DNA of 32,381 nt. Origin: Psammoneis japonica. Taxonomy: Eukaryota. The stretch covers positions 865,138 through 897,518 of the forward strand of contig QPGO01000006.1 of the NCBI GenBank assembly GCA_008632985.1, in the 5' to 3' direction. Position numbers and translations under genes: made by a program. Below the pieces are notes generated by a model. It saw nothing but the letters and a program-made list of their open reading frames with translations, searched no databases and was not told where the DNA came from. The first letter of the stretch is position 1, and each line of letters opens with the position of its first letter. This document shows, piece by piece, positions 24,078 to 32,381 of the stretch.

Positions 24078-25088
24078 TTAGGCGGACATGAGCACAGGGT
24101 TGCTCTTTCGATCCTCCAGAATGGCCTCTGCAACGTCCATATCTTCTGGCGTAGTGATTTTCAAATTGGTATATTCTCCAAGTGTCAGCTTGACTGGTTC
24201 ACCCAGAGCTTCAACAATTGAAACGTCATCTGTCACTTCCAGATCCTCCGCTTCCACCTTGGCAAATCCTCTCAGCAGCGTTTCAATTTTAATCACTTGC
24301 GGCGTATGCACTTCCCACAACCTTGATCGTTGAATCGTTCGAAGCACCAAGGTTCCGTCCTCACTTTCTTTAATTGTCGCCTTGCACGGTACACCCAAGA
24401 CTGCCGCGCCGTATTCCTTGGCATCCTGGACGACATGGTTGACTTCCTCAATCGTCACGAGCGGACGAGCACTGTCGTGGACCGCCACGTATTGGCACGC
24501 ATCACCGGCAATCTCGGCCAACTTGTTGAGTCCGTTTTCCACCGATCCCTGTCGTTCCTCACCGGGATTGGCAAACACGAGACGTCCCTCGTAATTGTCC
24601 ACAATGGGTTGGTATTCGGGTTGATACTTTGGGTCCAGCACCAAGACAACGAGCGGTGGGCCGCTTTTATAATAATTGTAGGGAAATAGAGAAGTGTCAA
24701 TTTTGTGACTTGCGTAATTTCTCAACATTATCATTCTCAATTCAAACCATTCTCACCTCAATCCTTGTTCTTGCGCATGTCGAGGTAACTGTTCTAGAAA
24801 AAGATCCAACGAATGGTGCAGCACGGGTACTCCACGAAGCGTCAAGAATTGCTTTGGCATGTTGGCCTTCATTCTTGATCCCGTCCCTCCAGCAAGCAAA
24901 ACAAACCCGACATCCCCCAAATTGACAGCTTCCTCCGAAGATTCTTCCGATGCTGCGAGTCTAGTGTTGTGCACCAACGCAGTCGGTAGCTTGTGTGGAC
25001 AAAACGCAAAGAAGCATGGCAGCGACGCGACGAGTAACATCAGCCCGAGAAACCTTCCCGAACGACGTGATTGTGATTCCGACCTCAT
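24078..25088 (-). CDS. ispD: 2-C-methyl-D-erythritol 4-phosphate cytidylyltransferase, plastid-targeted (~305 aa); exons 25088-24757 and 24663-24078
   Basis: LLAGGTGSRMKANMPKQFL, ERQGSV, VAVHDSARPLV, LWEVHTPQV, VTDDVSIVE and NLKITTPEDM motifs. Signal peptide ending FFA-F. A 93-nt phase-2 intron GTGAGA...AAG joins the two ORFs. Confidence 0.96.
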
Positions 25089-25487
25089 TTCTATCCTTAG
25101 ATTCTCTGGGCCTTTTGTGCTCTTCTGTAACAATATAAAGACTCTATACTTGTGCTTCACCGGGTATCTTCAATCTCACAGTACAGAAGCTTGTCGTTGT
25201 CGAACATCGCATCAACATCATGATGTTGTCGAAAAGAGGCGCTTTTCCGCGTGGAACACGCACGTTGGTGGCGAATAAGTCACGACTAAATTTCTCGCCC
25301 ACCAGATGCCAGATTCCAATTCTCACAATGACATCGCTGTTTGAACACCTAGTACAAAATCACGTAGAATTCTACGGGCATTCGAAAGATCCGTTCACCT
25401 CGTGTTGCGCGGCCATCATTGTCGCATTGTGCCCCCGTTGTCACATCATCATATCGTTGTCAACTTCTGCTGAGATATTGATTGAAC
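25089..25487. promoter_or_regulatory. Probable bidirectional promoter region between ispD and the adjacent plastid-protein gene
   Basis: 399 bp between two divergent ATGs; no specific element identified. Confidence 0.5.
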
Positions 25488-26113
25488 ATGATGTATGCTT
25501 CTTGTCTAATGTATGCGTCGCTTGCAATGCTAAGTGCTCCAGTATCTGGCTTTGTTGCACCGAAATTGGGTGATCCAGCGCAGACTGTAAGTGTTAGCAA
25601 CTTTGATGTACAGTATATTCGATTCCCAGAATTGAGAATGTTTCTTACACAAATTCTGATATATGCCTTTTTTCAGAGACACTCTCCTCGTTTTAGCACT
25701 GTCGAAGAAATCGACATGGGCTCCAAATTTTTCCAACTTCAGGAAATGGAAGACAAGGAGTGCGCCACGACGGAACTCTTTTTACACGAGGACGGTCAGG
25801 TGGATTTGTTTGATACCGACGGCCCGGTTCCCACCGCCACGGCTGGATCGTGGCAACACAACACGGGAAACGGTGAATTCATTATGCGAGTCAAACGAGA
25901 ATTTGAAGCCGGTAAGAACGAACGGGATGCCACCGATATGGGCCAATTCAAGTTTATTGTGGACCGGACCTTTACCGGATCCTTTCCAAAGTAGGCGGTG
26001 CGATTGCCGTGGAAGGTGTGATGCATGATATTGATGAGCTTTTGGGAGATCGTGAAGTTGGGTACTTTGAAATGCTGGATACGACAGAAACCCGATTGGG
26101 ATATGAAATGTAA
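25488..26113 (+). CDS. Plastid-targeted protein of unknown function; intron 25587-25676; apparent 1-nt frameshift at ~25983-25987
   Basis: MMYASCLMYASLAMLSAPVSG-FVAP (ASAFAP-like), phase-0 GTAAGT...TTTCAG intron, then FFQLQEMEDKECATTELFL...TDGP...GSW. The frame stops at 25994, but the -1 frame continues KVGGAIAVEGVMHDIDELLGDREVGYFEMLDTT to TAA 26113. Confidence 0.75.
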
Positions 26114-26372
26114 AAGTATTGAAGCTAGAGATATGATTGAAAGAATCCTTAGCCGGAGACGTAAGTGTTCAGCAAAGGGTTACAGGACAGATTCTGTGGA
26201 AGCAAATCATGAACAAAGTACGGTAGAATAACTCCCACGTTTAGAATCTATTTTAGATTAGATCTTAAGTAAGGAATCGGACGAACTTTTGGTATTGAAA
26301 GATTGTGCAAGTTCTATCATCCAAGCTCCCATCATGCTACTAGGGCCCTACCTACGACTCTCTGTCAAACCT

Positions 26373-26943
26373 GCAACGCTCCATCACGATACATGGATGA
26401 CTGCCGCTGCCCACAAACGGAACTCCAAAGCAGGATGAGGACGATTGGTTTGCTCGATAAACCATTCAGATTTCAGAATTTGAGGTTGCTCCAAGAACAG
26501 GTTTCAATGGGTACAACAGTTTCGGCCATTGGATTATCGTTGGTGGTGCTGCGCTACCGAATGTCAGGTAAGCAGTAGTTAATTTTTCTCTTGGCTAATA
26601 TACCGTATGTAACCAATCCAATCACCTTTGTGTTAGGGAAAAGAGGAAGGCTCTAGTGTAGACAAACGCAATAATATGGTCAGAAGCAACGCTCCATTAC
26701 GGTGCATGAACGACTGCCGCTACCCACAAACAAAACACCAAAGTAGGACAATCGGTTAGCTCACTCATCCATTCAAATATTATTTCAGGATTTAAGATTG
26801 CTCAAAGAACAAGTTTTCAACGGATTATCGTTGGCGGTGTCGCCTTACCGAACGTACGTCAGGTAAGCAGTAGTTAATTTTACTCTTGTGTTAGGGAAAA
26901 GAGGAAGGCTCTAGTGTAGACAAACGCAATAATATGGTCAGGA
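26373..26943 (+). repeat. Tandem duplication (copies 26373-26685 and 26686-26943)
   Basis: Both copies begin GCAACGCTCCAT and share GACTGCCGCT.CCCACAAAC, GTCAGGTAAGCAGTAGTTAATTT and an identical 56-nt block (26628-26683 = 26886-26941). Confidence 0.93.
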
Positions 26944-26944
26944 G

Positions 26945-27295
26945 TGTTCTTTTTTTAGGAGCATTTGTTTACAAGTGTCATGGATAGGCTGGTGTGAATT
27001 GAGCAGGGCAAAAACATCGGTTACACAGTATCTAGGGCCTACAGTCGTGAACTCCAAGCTCGGTTCTACACTGTCAACACAGTACGAACTCATGCGCGAT
27101 ACGCGCGCGCTACACTTACGCATGCGATTTCCCGCCATCGGTCTTTTTCAACTTTTCTCACAATTACAACATCTAGTGTAACAAGACATTAGCAGCTTTA
27201 CCGACACACCATTATCGTTGGCCCTCTTCGCTAGCGATGCATCTATCACTCGACCTCAGTCGACTTCCCCTGACTCTCAGACGAGAGTTGTCGCA
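26945..27295 (+). repeat. Probable 5' LTR (3' end fixed by the PBS, 5' end uncertain)
   Basis: Ends in CA immediately before the PBS. Several TG candidates for the start (26945, 26976, 26993). The second LTR is outside the window. Confidence 0.55.
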
Positions 27296-27307
27296 GGTTA
27301 TGAGCCC
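27296..27307 (+). promoter_or_regulatory. Primer-binding site complementary to the anticodon arm of initiator tRNA-Met
   Basis: GGTTATGAGCCC is the reverse complement of GGGCTCATAACC; the same internal (half-tRNA) priming site type as Drosophila copia and yeast Ty5. Confidence 0.88.
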
Positions 27308-27409
27308 AAGCATCACGCTTGATCACTCCTGCGCTCATCTCTTTCTCTCCGGTGGACGAGAATTGAGCTCCGTACACTTTTTACGTACAATTCTACGTGA
27401 GTGTTGCAC

Positions 27410-27769
27410 ATGTCCGGAAGGAACTCTGCGACACTTGACGACCTCATTGAACAACTGCAAGCCCTGCAACTTCAAGACGCAGAGCTTGTTCGTCACGTTG
27501 CCGAAGAAAGAGAACGGCAGAATCGCCTCACTGCGCCAACGCGAGCCGGAACCGCTCGCACTTCAACCATGCGAGAACCAACCATCGCGGATTTTCGTGT
27601 GGGTGACCGAGTCATTGTGACTGACGAAATCTGCAACTTTCGACGCTCCACTGCCATCCAAGACCGTCAAGCAACTGTCTTTCGAATTGCAGAACAACGC
27701 GCACATGTCCGCATGGACAACGGCAATTCAACTGACCGTCATCCAAAGAATCTGCGTTTTCTCGAGTGG
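27410..27769 (+). pseudogene. Small accessory ORF upstream of gag (119 aa; coiled coil + SH3/KOW-like motif), original stop probably mutated TAG->TGG
   Basis: LDDLIEQLQALQLQ...FRVGDRVIVT...DRQATVFRI...VRMDNGNSTDRHPKNLRFLE, then TGG at 27767-27769 just before the gag ATG. Confidence 0.65.
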
Positions 27770-27774
27770 TTCGC

Positions 27775-29256
27775 ATGCCAAGCAAAGCAGCGAGCATTCC
27801 GCTCCCTCCTTCTCCGCCAGCCAGCATGTCTGAGGCAACCATTGACGGACGGAAAGTGAAAGTCCGCGCGAAGCCGAAAGCATTGCAAGAAACTCTTGCT
27901 GCCCTCTGCACTGAGGCGCAGAGGAACAGGTTGGATCCTGACAAGCTCAACGACCTCTTTCTGAAGGCGACTTCGAAACAGCAGACAAAATTTGACCTCC
28001 TCAACGTCAACATCAACGATCCTGACAAGCTCGAGGATGCTTGTGACCTCGCGATGTCCATCTCAACCATGCGTTCGAACCATGTTAAGTGTGACATGGA
28101 TGACGTCTTCACCATCATCAACCCGGACAAATTCACGACGCGCGATCTTTACAAGGAATGCTCCACGATCACCGCAGCGGAGGTCGCCGCAAGCAACAAA
28201 TGGCGCGCAACCATGCTCGAGGACCCCGGTGGGACTTGGGCGAGCCAAAACCTTCGTCTCACTCACGACCACTTTGAGCGGAACGCGTCCGTCGCACTGC
28301 AGAAGAAAGTCAACGAGACACACCTCAAACATGACCAGGAAGAGCAGGGCGGACCTCTTTTCTTCGTTCTCATGATGAAACTCCTTCAGAGCAACTCTGA
28401 AGAGGCTGCTCGTCATTTGGTTTCCAACATGACCAACCTCAAGATCACCGACTTCGATGGAGAAGACGTGAGCAAAGTCGTGTCTCTTGTTCGCGGTGGC
28501 TGTTCTCGACTCGCTAATCTCCAGGATCAGAAAGGACAGTCTGTTGTTCCCACTGATTTTCTGGAGAATCTCACCAAAGTCTTCCAAACGTCGAGTGTCC
28601 CCGAGTTCAACTCTCTCTTCGAGCACCTTGCCAAGGACTCCACCTCCAAACTCAAGCAATCAGGCTCGACGACCGCTGCAACGACTGCTGTGGTGGATGA
28701 CATCTTATCTTTCGCCAAAGGCGAGCATCTCGCTCTTGTCTCCTCCGACAAGTGGTCCGGCGTGACTGCCAAGAAACAAGCAACTTCGTTCGTTGCGGGA
28801 GTCGTCACTTGTTTTAACTGTGGCGGCCCTCATCCTTTGTGCGACTGCAAGAAACCGGTCAACGACGCTCGTGTTGGTGCTGACAAGAAGCTCTTCTTCG
28901 ACGCGAAACGAGCCCAGCGCAAGAACAGCTCTTCGGGATCCTCCTCTTCCGGTCCCTCCACTGAGGCCATTCCCAAGAAATGGCAGCCACCGACTGAAGC
29001 CGAAAAGAACAACAACAGTCGCCGCAACATCGATGGCAAGGATCACTGCTGCCATTGCAAAACCAAGCGCTGGCGCCCGGTGACTGAGACGGGGAACGTT
29101 GCTTCCGCTCCTGCCGCTGCACCTTCTCCCACTCCGGCCGCTGCGCCCGCTCCGGCACCGGCTTCCGCTCCTGTCACGGATCGAGACCTCGCCATTGCCA
29201 ACGCCAAGAAGGAGATGGTCGAAACTGTGTCCGGCCTCTTCGCCTCCTTCACCTGA
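27775..29256 (+). pseudogene. gag: Copia gag ORF, open but hypermutated
   Basis: EEQGGPLFF, LKITDFDGEDVSKVVSLVRG, VFQTSSVPEFN, zinc knuckle CFNCGGPHPLCDC. Only 1 Tyr in ~493 aa. Confidence 0.9.
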
Positions 29257-29396
29257 AGCTTCGGGCGCGCCTCCTCTCCTGAGCGTGTGGCCCTCTCTTC
29301 TCACTTGTTCAACCATCCGTCCGATCCTGGAAGGGACATCCAGGCTCATTTTGTCGGTCGGTCACTTTTTGCTCCTATGGTTCACTCTCCAGATTC

Positions 29397-32381
29397 TTGG
29401 AGAGGGAGGGATCGAAGCAGTTTTGTCGATTTTTCAGTTGCTGTTTGTTTTGGCAGGTGGATGTTTGTTCCACTTGCTTCTCTTTTCCAAGAATCCTTCG
29501 CTTTTCATACGACGATCTTCCCGACTTTGTTGTTGTTCCTGCTTTCGAACCGACCTCATTTCGTCGTCCTCCTGATCGAACTCGGATGACTCATCATTCT
29601 CAAGTGCGCCGCTTGGATCGGCGGCCAGTTCGAATCCCACATAGAGACCCCTTGTGGTCCTTCCTTCATCCAACGACTTGGCGCAAACAGCGCCGAACAC
29701 CTGTTCCGGACAGTGCAGCGATTGCCGATCCGGATCTCTCCTGTCGAAAATCCAAGTCGTGGAAACTCTCAAGATCGAGACGTCGATTCAAACCCAGGAA
29801 AACGAGACCACCTAGATTTGCCTACGTTGATCCTCAACAAGAAGCCGCAGAAGCCTGCACTCAAATCAAGCATCGCCTGCTGCATCTGCCTTCTGAGATG
29901 TGCAAATTTCCTCATGGTGCGACTCCAACTGATTTCATTGTTTTACTTGATCCTCTCGGCGACTGCCTCAGGACCAAGCCTCCTCACAACTCCACAATGC
30001 GAACGGAGCCCTCACCTTTTGCACCACCAGATGACCCTGAAGCTTCCGAACTAGAAGAGTTCCACCGCATCAAGCACCGACTGTTGCACCAAACCTGGAT
30101 TGTGTGCGACATGCAGTGCGGTTGTTCGTTAGACGAATTTGTTCAAGGCATTGATCCTTTGGAACAATTCCATTTGATCAAGACACTTGCCTCTTCCGAA
30201 ATGTTACGAGCTTGTGGTCAAGCGCCGACGCTCTCTTGCGTCGCAACCAACTTGTCACGCACGACAACAGCAACCTTTACGAGTGGTTTTGGTGGAGCAG
30301 CCATGTTCTCTCACCAGACCATGACAGGTCCATCTCACGTTGTTGCATCCGAGCCGGATCCACCATGGCTAACCGACGATCCAACGCAGTGTGTCAAGTC
30401 CTTCCGTGATGCAAGAGATCTCGAAGGCCGCCAATGTCAAGCATTGACATCGTGCTCACCTGTCGATGCACCTGTTGTTCTCGACACAGGTGCATCTTCA
30501 TCGCTCACACCTCACTCAAGTGACTTTGCAGGACCGCTGGAACCCGTTGATGCCACTACAATCAACGGATTGTCCTCCAGCACCCAAGCAGTTGGTCAAG
30601 GTTTCGTAGAATGGGGCGCAATCGATTGTTGGAATGCAATCCGGACTGTCCGAATGCGAGCCCACTGTGTTCCTGATGCCTCCATTCGCCTCTTCAGCCC
30701 TCAAGCCTGTTTTCAAGAGAATGGAAACCAAGGTGAATGTCTCGTTCGAGGAAACAAAGCAACCCTCACTCTTCCAAAAGGGGATGTGCTCGAGTTCCTG
30801 TACAACAAAGAAAACAACTTACCTTTTGTGATGATGTCCGAACCAATCTCAGCCGGAGTCACCCAATGCAACTTGGCTCCCGTCAGTGCTGAAGCACGCC
30901 TCACTTCGTTTCTTTCTGTTGCTTCTCAGACCAATCAGAATCTAACACCCGGCCAGAAGGAGCTTCTTTTGCTCCATCAGAAACTTGGTCATGCCGGCTT
31001 CCAGCACATTCAACGCTTGTGTGCAATGCCACGGGACCCTGCCAAATCCCACATTGTCAAGCCTTCAACCCACGCCGTCTCCAGTTGTGCTGCACCTTCA
31101 TGTGCTGCCTGTCAACTCGCAAAGCAGAAACGATGAACACCTGACCGTCGCGGCACCTCCAATCATCCGCCGTTGACTTTGCGACAGGGAGATTTGGCGC
31201 CTGGTCAATGCGTCTCCGTTGATCAGTGTGTCAGCCGTGTCCCTGGCCGTCTTCCGACGTCCAAGGGACGCGAACCCAAGAAAGACAAGCACTGTGGAGG
31301 CACGATTTTTGTTGATCATGCTTCTACCTGCGTCTGTCTGACCCATCAAGTTGGTCTCACCGCAGGTGAAACTGTTCGTGCCAAGTGATCCTTTGAGCAG
31401 CTTAGTGACCAATTTGGGGTCCGCATCCAGTCCTGCCTTGCTGACAACATCCAGTTTGGCACCAAGGCTTTCATGGACAACCTAGAAGAAAACAACCAGA
31501 CTGTTGATTTTTCTGGTGTTGGCGCTCATCATCAGAACGGCGCAGCCGAGCGCTCCATCCAAACAATCACTTCATGGGCACAAGCTGTGCTCCTGCACGC
31601 CATTCTCATGTGGCCTGATGCCGCCAACCTGGAGTTGTGGCCTTTTGCCATGACCCATGCGACCTGCTTGTGGAACCACATCCCAAAGTCTGACACTCGT
31701 GCCGCGCCAGTTGAGATCTTCTCCAAGCAACGCTTTGACACCTGTGCGCATCTACAGCGCTTACAAGCATGGGGTTGCCCTGCATGTGTTCTTGATCCCA
31801 AGTTACAAAACGGGAAGAAACCACCTGAGTGGGACCCCAGGAGTCGCCGCGGCCAACATCTCGGCATCTCCCTGGATCATTCAACTAACATTGGCCTCAT
31901 TTTGAATCTCTCGACGGGCCATGTTAGCCCTCAGCATCACGTGGTCTATGACAACCACTTTGCAACAGCACCCAATGGTGACTCTGGCGGTTTCTTCCAG
32001 GACATTCCCTTCACCGCCGACCTTTGGGAATCCCTCCTCACCGCCGACTCGCTGGCACACAATGCTCCGCCTGAGCCTTCCGACACCGCCGATGACCCTC
32101 GTCGTCGCTTGCCGGCTTTGCACGATGATTGGTTGACACCCGCAGAGCGCCGCCATCACGCTAATCATCGACACGACCGCCGTCAACGTCGTCTTCAAAA
32201 CTCCAAAACAGCCCCTCCCGCTGTCCCTCCTTCAACCTCTTCCATCACAGCTCCAGAGGGAGAGCTTCCTGCATCACCTGCATCATCCGCTGACGATCTA
32301 GAATCTGTGACTTCAGAGGCTCCAGAGGGAGTCGAGATTGATGAGTGCAGCGATGACAGCGACAACGAATTGTCACTTGTC
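29397..32381 (+). pseudogene. pol: Copia pol (protease, GAG-pre-integrase, integrase), two in-frame TGA stops, truncated by the window end
   Basis: VVLDTGASSSLTP (~30475), LLLLHQKLGH...CAACQLAK, VSVDQ...GGTIFVDHAS, ADN, SGVGAHHQNGAAER, LWPFA, WGCPACVLDPKLQNGKK..WDPRSRRG, TGHVSPQHHVVYD. Single frame with TGA at 31134 and 31386 (likely CGA->TGA). Confidence 0.93.

Larger units (their letters stand above)
26945..32381 (+). mobile_element. Ty1/Copia LTR retrotransposon (CoDi-like), 5' part; runs off the window
   Basis: LTR end ...CA at 27295, then PBS, small upstream ORF, gag with CCHC knuckle, and protease then integrase (Copia order). The left boundary is approximate. Confidence 0.93.

Noticed and set aside
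12358..25088. Bacterial contig or contamination suggested by DUF285, HdeD and ispD
   Set aside because: All three genes have spliceosomal introns and eukaryotic targeting peptides, and lie among eukaryotic transposons.
27775..31136. Alternative genetic code (TGY/CAY read as Tyr) as the explanation for missing tyrosines
   Set aside because: Adjacent host genes use TAY for conserved Tyr and TGY/CAY for conserved Cys/His (MYND fingers, IspD). TA loss also affects other codon positions and non-coding repeat DNA.

Overview
Eukaryotic genomic window, very probably a pennate diatom (short GT-AG introns, signal peptide + F-type plastid presequences, CoDi-like Copia element). It holds five intact or near-intact host genes: a ~2180-aa secreted mosaic protein (FN3-like, 15 six-Cys repeats, legume lectin, C-type lectin, DUF285/BspA repeats), a plastid-targeted HdeD/DUF308 membrane protein, a double-MYND zinc-finger protein, ispD, and a plastid-targeted unknown protein with an apparent frameshift. 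These are interleaved with four transposon blocks: Gypsy/other debris at 1-5037, mixed debris at ~13560-16690, a deleted Helitron at ~18240-22092, and a young Copia from ~26945 to the window end. The strongest signal is that TpA dinucleotides are almost erased inside every transposon block, apparently converted to TpG/CpA. Tyr codons become Cys/His at conserved positions, while neighbouring host genes and host tandem repeats are untouched. This looks like repeat-targeted A:T->G:C hypermutation at TpA with its own context rule, opposite in direction to fungal RIP and uncoupled from CpG decay. A second unusual feature is a tandem unit of apparent micro-exons (55/25/4 nt) that would splice into a Lys-rich 28-aa repeat. 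All counts are hand counts, and family consensus motifs are from memory, not from a database search.
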